DNA of 61,725 nucleotides, counting the filler, from Bipalium vagum (lineage: Eukaryota): NCBI GenBank assembly GCA_037834085.1. It is 3 parts of 3 records of this genome, joined end to end, with 100 filler letters (N's around TTAATTAATTAA, not from the genome) between each part and the next. Parts side by side here need not be neighbours in the genome. Positions count along the whole stretch, not along the records: positions 43,565 to 61,725 come from JBBMKC010038602.1; 2 more parts are not named here. The stretch is one strand, 5' to 3'. The notes under the pieces are model-generated. The model was given only the letters and a program-made list of their open reading frames with translations, was not told the DNA's origin and ran no database searches. Shown piece by piece: positions 46,354-60,430 of this stretch (position 1 is its first letter; each line of letters opens with the position of its first letter). A program made the translations under genes and the position numbers.

Positions 46354-47316
46354 CTTTGTTTAATTAATTAAGTAAAAATTGATGAATAGAAGAAGTTTCA
46401 TTTTGGTCAATTAAATATTCTCGTTTTCTTAAACCTCAAAACTTTATTTATAAAAAACTAAAGTGTACGAAGACTTCTTTCCCAATGAAATTGATCCTTT
46501 TTGAATTTTTATGGAAACTATTTGGATTCCGTACGGGTTGTTATTATTTCTCATTACATTTTCTATTGACATTCAAAAATTATACAGATTTTGATTATGA
46601 AACCTGTTTAAATATAAAAAGTGAAATGTACGAATATATATTTATGCATTTTTTTCCATCACTATATTTTAATTCATATCCGAATTTTACTACTTAAATT
46701 ATTTGGTCAATGGGATGTATAAAAATATATGCTTTAATATTACTAATTTTGAGAATTTCCAATAAGATTCTATGTAAATATTAAAACAACTTGATTTATT
46801 TTTCACGAATTATTACCATAAATTATTTGATAGTTTATATCTATAATCAGAATTTATTATTATTTAAATACCATCTTAACCTCGTTTGTTACACTATAGG
46901 TCTTGATCATCCCAGATCTGCTTAAACTTAATAACGGATGTAATATATATTGATGTAATACTGTGAAAAAGTAACTTTTCTTTTTGAACAAAAAACTTTT
47001 TTTGGTTTACTACTTTTTTTCTGTTTGTCATTTAAAGATTTATTTCTTAAATCAATTTCTCACAGGTTTCAGATTTCATATTTATCAACATAATGAAACG
47101 TGTTTTTACTCAAAACCAGATCCAGAATTTGAGAATGAGATATTTTCTTATATTATTTTAGAAAATATAAATTAAATATATTTAATCGATAACTATGTAC
47201 TTGTATCAAGGAAATAGTAAAAATTTATATAAAATATTAAATGAAATTAAAGACAAACAATCGATATATTCATAATTAATGTAAAATCTCAAATGAAATG
47301 AAATTTTAGTAAAAAC

Positions 47317-47932
47317 TTATATTTTATTATCATCCGACGAGGTAGAAGAGATTGAGGAGCATTTATCCTTAGAAATTATCGGATGCCATCTTGTGACAGT
47401 AGTCCACGAAGACCCTATCGTTTCTGCCCAGTGTTCGGCTTGTATGGAGCAACTTGCTTTTTTAGGGCCTCCAAAGATCAGTCTTCCCATACAATCATTT
47501 TTAGATGTTGAATGCTTTTCATAAATGGAAACAAAAACAAATAATTGAGATAACTGGGAGTCATTGATGTCAAATATGAAGGACTCGTCAAAAACTGGAT
47601 TATATGTGGCTTTCTTAACAGAGGTCTTTTTGATTTTTTGAAGTTTTTTGTCGTTGTATAATACCATTTTTACGAATATATCTTCAAATATGAAAAGAAT
47701 AAATAAATATGAAAAATTAAATAAATATATGTAAAATGAAAAAACATTTGAATATTATTGATAACCATTAAAGATAACAATAAATAATAATAGATTATTA
47801 AAATCAATAAAATTAATTTTAAAATCTATATTATATAAATAAATTTTTGATTGAAAACTGAAAATTTCAATAATTTATAATTTTATCATTATGATTTCAC
47901 CACCACCTGGAAATATATTATTTCTCTTGTAA
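47317..47932 (-). CDS. Synaptotagmin-like gene, terminal C2B exon 47681-47317 plus candidate 26-nt exon 47932-47907; 5' exons not located
   Basis: DIFVKMVLY..KKTSVKKATYNPVFDESFIFDI..KNDCMGRLIFG..EHW..VTRWH matches a synaptotagmin C2B with the terminal WH motif. Confidence 0.85.
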
Positions 47933-48474
47933 CTGAGAAACCATTACAGATTTGATAGATAAAATCAATAATTGTAAAAATTTTTGCGAAAAATATGTTT
48001 TATTCATATTTACAGTCTTAAATTAATGTATAATTATTTATTTTATTTATAAAAAAAATTGTTGCCCCATCAATAAACAATTTTCAAAATTTGAATTGAA
48101 AAAATGTTTGTTGAACATTTTATTTCGTTTAAAATGTGTTTTATGAATTATTAAAGATTATTTTGTTATTTATAATTATAAGGAGTAGTTCGAACAATTA
48201 GTTTGCTTGAATTTTTTTAAATAAGGGTCTCACGCCTAAATTAAGAATAAGTTTTTAAAAATTATTAAGTTAATGTTTTTTAAATATTTAATAAAATATT
48301 TTAAATAAATGTTAACAAATTTTTATAAAGTAAATAATTTTGTTTTAAAAGTAGTTTACGTCCATGTTTGAAAAGTTTTTTTACGTAATCGGAATTAGTG
48401 AAAATATATTATTATTGCCTTGATCTTACCTCATTATTTAAAATGACTACACAAGAATATAATTATAATAACTT

Positions 48475-49784
48475 CAGGGTGTCCCATAAGTCCCTGCGGA
48501 AAGTAAACTTAAATATTTCTTAAGCAGATTGACATATTTAAGCGCTTGTTTTATAAAATTAAAGACAAATCTTTTAATATCTATTTCATATAAAAATATT
48601 TACAACAATTGCTCGAAATGGCTACTATTAACTGCTACTAATAAATGCATCCTTTTTATAATATTTAAAAATAAGCTATTCAAAGTTTCTGTGGTAACAC
48701 CTTTTATTTCTTTGGTGATTTTTGTTTTCAAGTCGTCAATATTTTTAATTTCAGATTTGTATATCTTTTTTCTTTAAATTGCCCCATAAATAGAAGTCAA
48801 GAGGAGTTAAATCAGATGAACGTGAATCCCATCGAATTGAACCACCTCTTCCAATCCACTTGTTCGGGAAATGAGCATCAAGATACCGTCATACATTTGT
48901 TGAAAATGCACAAGAGTTCCATTTTGCTGAAATACCAGAAACCGTACTTTGTACATTTTCCTCCCTTCAAACATAAATTAGTCTTGAAGCATTGATAGAT
49001 AATTTTGGCCATTATCTCATCTTCAAAGAAATATGGACCGATAATTTTATTTTTTGACAAAGCACACCAAACATTTACCTTATGAGATTTTCTAGCAGTT
49101 TCAAAAGTAACATGTGGATTACTTTCTGACCAAAATCTGACGTTATGTGTATTAACACATCCTTTTAAGTAAAACGTTGCTTCATCTGAAGAGAAAATAT
49201 TTTCCTGAATATCCACATTTTCTAACATTAGGACCAGGGTTTTGCACATCTCAACTCTGTCTTGCAAATCATCTTCATGTAATTCCTGCGTGAAATGGAT
49301 ATTAAAGGGTTTCAATGATAACTGTTCTCTCATTATTCGATGGGTTGTTGTTCGCGAAATGGAGCAGGTTGTTGCAACAGATCGAACACTGCATTGTGGG
49401 CCACTTTTAATAACTTCACTCATTTTCTGAACTTCATTTTCAATGATCAGCCTTAGTCTTCCAGAACGTTCACGATCTTCCACCGAGTCAATATCATAAA
49501 AACGATGAGAAGTCTCTTATAGTACTTTCACTCGGTGAGGTTTTCCCAAATTCGGCATTTAATTTCCGTTTAACAACAAAAAATTGAGTTGAATTTGGCC
49601 ATTAAAAGTAAAATTTTGATTTCTAACTTCAAATCAAGCGGTATTTGCTAAATCTAATTTTAAAATATTAAAAAAAAAACCTAGACTTACATACTTTATT
49701 ATTATATAAATAGAAATTTCAATCGATTGAATTTAATGAAAGATATTTAAGTTTAATTTCCACGCGGACTTATGGGACATCCTG
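48475..49784 (-). mobile_element. Near-full-length rosa/DD41D element with frameshifted transposase
   Basis: TIRs CAGGGTGTCCCATAAGTCC and GGACTTATGGGACATCCTG; SDEATF, KVNVWC, IIGPYFF, WIGRGG..SDLTPLDFYLWG; 41-residue spacing after frameshift repair. Confidence 0.93.
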
Positions 49785-50823
49785 TATATTACAAAAAATA
49801 AATAAAATAATAAATATTAGAATGGTACAAAAATAAACTATGGTTTTTGACCCTTAATTTTAAACTGATAAGATTCACATGTAAAAAATATTTTTCACAT
49901 GAGCAAATCTATTTATTCTTGTTGAATAAAAGCTTGTAGACCTGGAGACTATAAAAAATTGAAGATTGTTTTAACATCGGGTCGGTTTTGAAAGTTTTTC
50001 CCATGAATATTAATAGCTAGTCACTTCAAAAAGTTTTAGTTTATAAGTGAGAGGTTTTAACAGCAGGCACGGTTCATATTATACTTTTCCCATTTCACAA
50101 ATTTCTTTACTTTTTGATTTTCTTTGGTTTAATTTTGATTAAAAGAGTTACTTGATGGTTTTCAGTCGGTAACTTTCGAGTACTGTGCATCATATCTTTC
50201 AAATTTCCATCATCATTTCAGAACTTGGCAAATCACAACAAAAACCAAAAATCACCTCTTACAGCTCTGAATGTATGATTAATGAGAAAACAATAAATCA
50301 CAGGGTAACATATACTCCAATTGCCACATCTAAAACTTTTAGAAACATTGAATATTATGAGTACTTAAATTATAAACTCTCATCAATAATGTTACCAGTA
50401 ACAAGCCATCTAATAGCCAGTGTAGTCCAGCTTTTATAATATTTCATTCAATTTTTATTTTAATTTCATAGTTATAGATATATTACATGTAATTAATAAA
50501 GGAAGCACTCTGGCAAAGTCCTGAATTATTTTCTTCTGCAATCTTGCCTGAGTTTCCAGGCATTTGAAAGTGTTATGCGATGCATGAAAAGCTCTACATA
50601 GTTTGGAATTTTGGAATTTTTATGTCTGACACATTGAAAATTTGATAAACCCTTGCTTCTTAATTAAAATCAATAAACTGAGGATCTCAACGATTTGGTT
50701 GAATACTTTACAACTTAAACAAATTTTCATAATTATCTTTACTTATGAGACGGAGGTAAGTATTTCAAATCAATAACTTTTCTGAAATTCAACTTCGAAA
50801 ATAACTGGTGTTATGAAAGACTA

Positions 50824-51048
50824 NNNNNNNNNNNNNNNNNNNNNNNNNNNNNNNNNNNNNNNNNNNNNNNNNNNNNNNNNNNNNNNNNNNNNNNNNNNNN
50901 NNNNNNNNNNNNNNNNNNNNNNNNNNNNNNNNNNNNNNNNNNNNNNNNNNNNNNNNNNNNNNNNNNNNNNNNNNNNNNNNNNNNNNNNNNNNNNNNNNNN
51001 NNNNNNNNNNNNNNNNNNNNNNNNNNNNNNNNNNNNNNNNNNNNNNNN
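50824..51048. other. Assembly gap (another at 53296-53427)
   Basis: N runs. Confidence 0.99.
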
Positions 51049-52299
51049 TGCATTTAAAACACGTGATTGTTTTCCCAATGTATACTTTGAGACCTCAATG
51101 ATCATTGCTTATTATTCTTTGATAGTCGCAGAAATTTTTCTCTGTTAATCAAAGCACTTAACTTAAAATTCAATTTTTTATTAATTTTTCGCAATACAGT
51201 AAAACAAAAAAATCCAATATCTGTTTTGGAAATATTATTGGAATAATAATGTATTTGTTTGCTTTTCCTATGAAGCTTATCTATATGACAACCCATTAAT
51301 TAAATTTCGGATAACAATCTCTAAATTTGCATTTAGGGTGAAGTGGAATTTATCGTTTTTTTTACTTAAGGTTCGATAAGTCTTATATAAAGAAAATTTC
51401 TGATTGAATCAATTGAGATTTATTGGTGAAATTTCTGTTTTACTACCATTCTCAACATAATAAAAATATAATAATTTATCAAATTTCATAATATTAATAG
51501 AATAAAATGCACAAATAATTTCTTTTTATCTTTGGTCGTTAGACTAGACCTATATTATTTAATGTCTTTGATTAAGTTATTTTTTCTGACAGGTAACCAT
51601 AAGAATTCTCAGTTTTTATTGACAGAGCTCTTTTAATTTAATAAAATAAATAATTTTAAAAAATATTTCCAAAATCAAATTTAATGAATATCGAAATATT
51701 TTTTCTTATAGATAACGACAAGAAAAAATCGAAGATCAATATGAAACATATTTTTTAAAAAAAAACTCTTGTTTTAATGAAAAGAAGGGGCGATACGATA
51801 TGTAAATATTTATGACATAAGAATTTCGATATAATATATCTTGTAATTAATCTTTTATTTAATCACATAATAAAAGGAGATAAACTATTTAGGATAACAA
51901 ATGGTGAACAAGCTTTTTCAGATATTGCAGAGCCGATCAATTATTGAATATTTAAAAGAGAAATTATCTGGAATAATTAAAACAGTGGTAATTAATATTT
52001 CAATCGTTTATTGACTTAAACAATCAGAATTTCTCTTTCGAAAAAAGTTATTTAATCTTAAAGATCAAAAGACTGAAATATATGAAATCCCTTTCCCCTT
52101 TACATTTATTGTGTAATATTCACCAAGGGGTTCAAAATTCACCAATAATTCACCAATCAAGATTCTAATTTATATAAATATATTGGAACCTTGATTTAAA
52201 ATTATCAGAAAAATTCTAAAGTCAATTTTGACTTTTTTCTGTTTTATTACTTTTTGTTTTCTTTAAGAAATATGAGTCAGTCTAACAATAATACTTATG

Positions 52300-52800
52300 T
52301 GGAAGTAACCCCATATTGTAGTAACGGATGTTATACGCATAGAGGACACATTGAAACAAAATATAAAAATAAAAAGTATTGAAGTTTCCTTCAAAATATT
52401 TGGTGTGGAAAGCAATATGTTAATCTGGAAGAAAAAGTTATGAATTTGTATATAAAGGAACAAACAATAGCGAGATTTAAGTTAAGAAGTGTCTAGAAAA
52501 ACAATTGGTTCCAATTATTGAATTCCATACTTTTTCTGTATTATTTTGACCAAATATTGGCAGCTTGCCGTTACAGTATACAAGCTGAAGAATTCTCAGG
52601 CAAGAACAATAACAATATAGTTCCAAAAGAAGCCAATCCTCCAAATTGTTCGGATTTACGTCGGATTTAGTGCTATTGAGCCAATATAAAATGTAAGATC
52701 AAAGAAACAAAATTTGAAACAGGCAACCTTAAAGAATTCAAGCATAAATGGCGTAATCAAGCAAATAACATTAGTCAAACGGATATCCAGACCTCATGGG
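52300..52800 (+). mobile_element. Decayed DD37E-like Tc1 remnant
   Basis: IVPKEANPPNCSDLR motif near 52615-52660. Confidence 0.45.
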
Positions 52801-55800
52801 CCAACTGAAATCGAAAATTCTGCTACCTTGGGGTGGATAAATGATTTTAGTCTGTGTCTTTTGCATTTGTATTGTTATATACTGTATTGTAATAAATATA
52901 ACCTTAAATATTTCAATTATATTCATGAATAGGAGAGTTTTTAAAAATTTTTTAATAAGAATGAAGACTGTTGGATTGTTGTGAAAGTCTATCTTATTTA
53001 ATATTGATAATATTATATGATTTCGTTAACTCATTTTTAGGAAATTGCCCTTTCTCTCAATGAGGTCTTCGGATCTTTGAATCCATGGTTCAAGATTTCT
53101 GTAGTGCTTGAAATACTTAAATATCGCAAGATAATACATCAAATCATAATTAAATTAATTAACGAATTTACAAATTTGATATTTGACAAACTCTTATGAA
53201 TAAAAATATTCCGTATGATACTTGTCCCATAATGTTAAAAATATTTCTCTGGAGGCTTTGACTTGCTTCCAAACTTTTCAAACAAAAGTTCTTTTNNNNN
53301 NNNNNNNNNNNNNNNNNNNNNNNNNNNNNNNNNNNNNNNNNNNNNNNNNNNNNNNNNNNNNNNNNNNNNNNNNNNNNNNNNNNNNNNNNNNNNNNNNNNN
53401 NNNNNNNNNNNNNNNNNNNNNNNNNNNTTTTGTTAATTTTCATATTAATCTGTTTCCTATACTTAGACAGTAAAAGTAAAAAATAATTTATTAATTTCCA
53501 ATAAAATTAGAGAAAGTCTTTAATTAAGGACTGGTAAAATCTTCCATATAATTTATTTGCTCTCTAATCTGAATGTATAATAAATTTTAATTTTTCCACC
53601 AAAATATTTGAAAGGTTTTCATTTTATTTTTAAATAAATAAAGAAATTTTCAAAGATTTTCTTTTTTCGAAAAACTTATCAAAATTGTTTGTTCTACGAT
53701 TAACTTTAATATAAAATGTTTTAATTTATTGTCTATTATTCTGAAATTATGTTAATTTAAAACTGCTAGATATGAAATAATGAAAACGATGTTAACTCTT
53801 CTTTTTAGTTAATGGACAATCCATCAAACTGTTTTCATTTCTCTGAAGATATATTATGTCGTTACTAATTATGCTAAATAAATATAATAAAATCATAACA
53901 AATGTGGAAATATGAAACGATTCAGAAACCTCATTAAGTTAAAGATTTCTTTCCTTTTATCACAAAAAATTTTAGTCTTAGGAAAAGTTTTTATTCTTAT
54001 AAAAAATCGTTAATTAATGTTTATCTCAATATTTTAAATATTTTTAAAATGTAGAATAAAATTTTTTATTATTAAAGTTTAAAAAATTATTTTTTATTTT
54101 ATTATATTTTTTAGAACTATCTTGGTTAGAATTTGTGGTAATATAAATTTATGTTTGACTTATCGTGTAAATATTTACTTTTTTAATTTTGTGTCAAATG
54201 ATTTCAAAAGTTTTGATTTTAAGTTCAAATAATGCTTTAAATATTGATTTTGTATAAAAATATGGAATTATAATGAAAATAACTTAAACCACTATTTTTT
54301 TATTATTTGTTTTAATTTTAAAAAATTAACAACACTTGTTATCTTTTAAATGAGATCGTAAAATAATTAAAGAATATACATATATACATACATATATATA
54401 TATTTATTTTATTTTCAATTAAAATATTTACATCTTTTTTTTCTTTGAGTTAAATACAGAGTTACATAAATTTGAATTAATGTGTTTTCATTATTGAACT
54501 TCGATATTGCAGGTCTTGTCAAGGTTATTTTGATATTTATGAATTTAATATTTCTTATGCTATACAATGTTTTTAGAATCCAGACTTAAAAAGTGATTTT
54601 TTTCATTAGCGGAGCTTTTTATGGGAGTGCAGCGACCTTAAAAGCGACCACTTTTGTTAAATTTAATTAATATAATATGTAATTACAAAAGTAAAGCTAA
54701 AAATTGGTATTACTTTAAGATTAACTTAATCATTTAAAACAAAAATAACATGCTGCAGCTATATCGAATGAGACCTGTTTTTATTTTTATCATAAAATGT
54801 TCTTAATCAAAATAATAACGAAAATGATTTAATAAAAGACATAGTACTCCTTAAGTAAACTAAGCATTAATAATAAAATCTTAAAAATCAATAAATAATA
54901 AAATATTTTATTTAAATCTAGCAAAAATATAATGAAAAAAATTATTATCATCATTGTATTGAAAAAATAAAATCAATATTTATGACATGAAAATAATAAA
55001 TTATTTTTGAATTATTTTCATTTTAATGAATTACCAATCGATATTTCATACAGTATTTTATTTCATTAAAACAATATAAAGATATTCAACAATGAAGAAA
55101 GTTGAAAGGAAATTTAAAAACATTAAAAATATATATTTCTCAACTGAAAATTATATATCTGAATAATTAATTTTCATAAATAAAAATATATGTGAATATT
55201 TTCCATTTTTTTAAAATGAGTATTTTTCATTTCATAGAAGACCAAAATAATTACATTATAAAAGTTTGCGCGGTTTTGCAATATTGTAAAAATTGATAAA
55301 ATCGCAAAAGATTTATTATTTAGGAATAATTTAATTTTTTGAAATTTCCTAACAAAAAATTTAATTTTCTTTCATCTGTTAACATTTTGTTGTATCAAAA
55401 ATGAAAGGGAATCATAGCGCTGTGTCTTAAAAATAGCAAGGGAATTGTATGGATAATTTATTTTCGATGGAAAAGGGGGAGACAATTTTTCGAATTAAAA
55501 TTTTATTCTATTTTTAAAAGAATTTCCATTGTTTAGTTCAAAGATAATTTTACAATGTTTTTTCTCAATGTATGCTATCATAACAAGTACTATAGGCCTG
55601 AATGAGACGTAATTTAATGTAATTAAAACAATTCAATTATTTAGACATCGTTTCTACAAAAAGAATTTCAAATTGACTTAATTATTCAGAATAATAATAG
55701 AATTGAATGATGAAAAGAGCACCACATATATTTGGCAAAATTTCTAGAAGTGACATGGAATTTATTTTTTATAATTATTTAATTATTATTATTATTTAAT

Positions 55801-55939
55801 TAAACTGGGTTTCAATAATGAAAAAATATGTTTTATAACTATTAAGGTAACATTAAAATATTAAGTTAATCAATATTATTAAATATTTTTATTTTAATAT
55901 TGGTTTTTTTTATTAATACAATATCATCTTTAATAAATA

Positions 55940-56891
55940 CATTGGGGGTCTCAAAAAATGTTTCCACTTTTAAAAGTAAATCATTAACATTGTTCAGTCG
56001 AGATACTTATTCATTTTGTATTTTTAATAAACTATCACTTATACAATTGTGAAAAACACAGTAAAAAACATGTACAGTTTATAAGTTACCGTCTATGACA
56101 TCAATGTGTTATAATATTTTAATATATATGCTTAAAATGAAAATCCTTTAATATTGTTGTGATTGTAAGGCTATCTATATACATTTCTATATTCATTTCT
56201 TTTTGAATTTTAGCATATTCCGATGTAAGGAACCTTTCATTTTTCTCAACAGTCGCGGATGTTGTGCTGTAAACTTTATCTTTCATATAAAATCAGAAGA
56301 AACGTGCCAATGAGATTAAATCTGGTGATCAAGGAGAAGATTCCTTTGAATATCTTCTTTCAATTCACCTAATTGGAAGGTTAAAGAATTCCCTTACTTC
56401 ATGATGATAATGTACACGTACATCATCTTACTGCAAAGAAAAATCCTTAGGACCAAAGTCTTCTTTAATTCTTGGCATAATAAATTCTTGCAAAAGATTT
56501 AGGTAATTGGCACTCGTTACTATAGTGTCTAAGAAAAAAGGCTGAATAATTTGATAATTTAAAAGGCCGCATCACACTGTCACTTCTGGTACGTTAACGT
56601 TACGTTGACATTACGTTGTTCAGTAATGCATAGATTTCAAGTAGTCCAATAAGTAAAATTATTGGTAAGAAAGTGAAACCATTTAATTTAAAACTGGTTT
56701 TGTCCTTGAAAATATACATCACCTTTGTATTTTCCATGTCCTGTTCTTATAAGAAATATATTTTTCATATAAATTGTGATATCCATAATAAATTTTAAAT
56801 CTTTCCAATTTATAAAATTCCAAATTTAATTTTAATATTCCATAAATTGTGCGTTCTAATTTCCTTTAAAAAGTGGTAACATTTTTGAGAC
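55940..56891 (-). mobile_element. Decayed rosa/DD41D-like element
   Basis: TIRs GTCTCAAAAAATGTTTCCACTTTT and AAAAGTGGTAACATTTTTGAGAC; IIQPFFL..VTSANYLNLLQEF..SPDL. Confidence 0.8.
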
Positions 56892-59785
56892 ATGAAACTT
56901 TAATATTCAAATATTACTATTTTATTTTAAGTTTTTCATATGCAAAGAGAATTTTACAAAGTTAAATAGTGTTAACTATAGCATTGTAAAAGTTTTCATT
57001 AAATAAAAAATATAATATTAAATATAATAATAAATGTAAAAATAAAAAAGAATAATTGAAAATTTCATGGAATTAAGGTTTATTCTGATGTCATTTTTTA
57101 AATTTTTTAAATAAATAATATGAACATTATATTTTTATGGTGACTGACGGAAACTCTGATTGCTGTTAGAATTTTCTTTTACCATAGGTATTCTGCAACA
57201 CTGATAATTGAAAATTCATTTTTCAATGTTTAAATGTTTCTCGATGAACATCAATAAAAGGAAGAAATAAATTAACCTATTCATACCAGATTCTATAGAA
57301 AAATCAAAATAGAGTATACGTAAAGAAAGGGTTTTGAAAAGATTTTTGGTTAGACTTTTAAAAAGGAATGTGATAAAAAAGTTGAAGAACTATGGTCGAG
57401 ATTCAAAGAGTTTAGAATATTTTTAGAATTCGAATAAAAGATTTTTTTGACTTTTTCAACAGATATTGACTTTTATTATTAAAGCTATATTTCTAGAACT
57501 ATCTTTTAAAGGTTGAAATGAATGTAATAATTAAAATCTTAAATTTTAAAAATCTCAAAAAGCAAATTAAGTCTAAAGAATTATTTTAAATAGTTTACAA
57601 AGTTTCTTAATTATAAATTGAAATAAACTTCTTAATTTTCTAAAATTTAATTCTGTATTAAATCTGTTAAAATATTAAATTGAGAGGGACGACTTTTAAA
57701 AACTGTAAAATAAAAAATTCTCAATTTCGAATTGAGTTTCAATGATACCGACAGTACTGATAACTTGGCAGTAACTAACAATTATATTTTTAATTTTAAT
57801 GAAATAAAATATTGATTGAGTTTACGTTTGATTCATCATTGAACTTGAAAATATTCAAAATTATTTATTATTTATTAATTTATTTTGACTCAGTAATTAC
57901 ATGTGTTACTGTCAGAAAATAAGGCTTATATAAATTTTTAATATAATTTAATAAGTCATAATATCATAGTTTAGTTTAATTTTAGGATTTTTAGAAAAAT
58001 TACAATTTTTTAATTCAATAATAAATTCCCAATTATAAGCAATCGTGATAAAATAAAACCTATCAAACTGATCGATTTCTGGAATAATAATGTCAGAAAC
58101 TGTTAAATGTTCATGTCTAGGTCATACAGTTCATTCATTTACTTTTAGTGAAAAATGTCATATCAGATTATTAATTGACTAAAAATTTCTATTTAAATAA
58201 TTTTCATAGGACTTTTAAGAAATTACATATTTTTAAAGGGAAGATTGTTATGAAAAAATGTTCAACTAAATCAATATCATAATAATATATATCATATTCA
58301 ATCATATATTAGTAAAAAGTAAAGTTTTAAAATTAAATAATTTATACTATATTAGTACTAGAATGCTTTTTAAATAAAAATTGTTATTTTTTAAAAAATA
58401 ATATACATATTATATAAAAAATTAAGAAATTTATTATTTTAAAACAGGACTACCATGATCTATAAGTATTGATTTTTTAAAAACTAATAGTTGTATATAA
58501 TATGTATTTCTTTTAAATTATTAATTTATGTATTAACATAAGAGTGCGCTCAGAAAAGTATAGCATAAATGAATAAATAAAATAAATAAATATAATAATG
58601 AAATAAAATAAATACATAAAATAAATAAATAAAATATTTTACATTTTGTAATTACATTTATATTTATTCAATAATTATATATTTTATCAAGCATTAAATT
58701 TTTAGATAATTTTGTGAAATCCATTCTATCAATAGAATTCAATAAATTGAAAAATTTATTTTTATAGCTAAAAACAAAATTAAAAGCGACAGATGATATG
58801 GCTTAAGCAAAAAGAGGAAAATCAATAATAAGAATATTAGATAGATTAAAAGACATTGTTAATTTTTTTTGAAAAAAAATAAATATTAAATGATATTTTA
58901 CATAAATTTTCAAAATTATAAAAAGCTAAAAATGTAATTTATTTATTCTATACAATTTAAAAAACCATTGATTTCTCTAGATGTGTTGAAAATAGAAAGC
59001 TGAGTGAAACAACTTATAATCATATATTGACATTAAGACTGAGCAGTATTGTTTTCTAGCGTAATTATTATTTTAGACAAAACAAAATTTTTCGACATGA
59101 GAAACATCGTAATCAATATTTTTATAATTATTTTTATTTTTCTTTAAAATAAATGACGAGAGCTAAACAAAATTGTTATTATGATTGTTATTATTTAAGT
59201 TGTATTATTTATAAATTAGAAAATTTTTATATTCTAAAATTTTCATTTATTGATAAACATTTTTTTCTTTTTCCTCATCACAATATTTGATTTATATTAT
59301 TCAATAAAACAATTCTTTCTTCTGTAATAAACAATTTCTCATTTTATTTAATTAATAAATATCTGGATCTCATTTTTACAAATTTATATGAAAATAAATG
59401 AAATTCGTTTTTCATTGCAAGATTATCAATAAGATGAGGTGACAACTGATTTTGAGAAATAATTCTAACTTGGTATATTTATATTTTTCGAGGTTATATT
59501 TATTGAGTTTCAATTGTCTTGAACTTATCCACCAACATTTTGAATGCAGAAATTTCATTTATTTTTAATCTCACTTCTATCATATATTTAGATTCAATAA
59601 TGACTGTTGTATTATTTCTCAGTACTTATCATTTATTAAGTTTCCAAATAGGTTCTTGCCAATTTCATTAAATAGTTTTTTCACTCAGAAAACAAATTTT
59701 TTTATTAGATTACTTTAAATCAAGCATATAGTTTGATATTTTAAAAATAACATTACGTCATATTTTAAGTTTTTGACTAGTCAAA

Positions 59786-60430
59786 ATGGGGGATAGAAAT
59801 TCAATCATTTGTTTCTGTTTACTAAATGAATTTAAACTTTGGTCTAATGTCTCAGAAGTCAGTCGAAAATTTCGTTTGACATTTAAAGAATGTGCAGTAG
59901 ATGAAATTACGGGTCGTTTTTTGTTCGAGACGTTTCGATCTGGTGATGAAAATCTGGAAGATGCACCGAAATCTGGTAGACCCATTAACATGGACAATGA
60001 TGATTTCAGAAAAATAATCGAGTCACATTATTTTTTAAACATGTAAGGAACTTGGTTTGTTAGCAAATTTCAACGAAGAAACATCCAGATTACATATGCA
60101 TCCGATTAAAAGGAAATGGTAAATATTCAAATTGGTTCCTCATGACTTCAAAGAATAGATCCCAACGACTGACGATATGGACTTCTCATATTAGTCGGTT
60201 AAAAGTAAAGCTATTTTTTCATTGAATATTGACATCCCATGAAAAGTTTGTATTGAATTCTAACATCATTGGTTATCTTTTACGGATCGCTTACTACAAG
60301 CTCTAAAGGCTGGACAATTCCAGAAAAATTTTTACTGTTTATTTGATGAACTTTTGAAGGAATAATTTACCATGAGTTTGTAAAATCGTAAGAAACAATA
60401 ATCTCTTTCGTCTATTGTGCTCAATTATAT
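59786..60430 (+). mobile_element. Decayed mariner transposase
   Basis: LLNEFKL..FRSGDENLEDAPKSGRP, followed by a degenerate VPHD motif and stops. Confidence 0.85.

Larger units (their letters stand above)
50150..59700 (-). pseudogene. Scattered decayed exons with fibronectin type III-like motifs
   Basis: KSWTTLAIRW (~50420), IVIRNLINGLSY (~51300), ILNSLSPF (~51880), EPLGEYYTINVKG (~52120), RNLEPW (~53090), WQEP..YQVRIISQN (~59460-59660); many stops. Confidence 0.45.

Noticed and set aside
50811-53473. ORFs spanning N runs
   Set aside because: Artefacts of assembly gaps.
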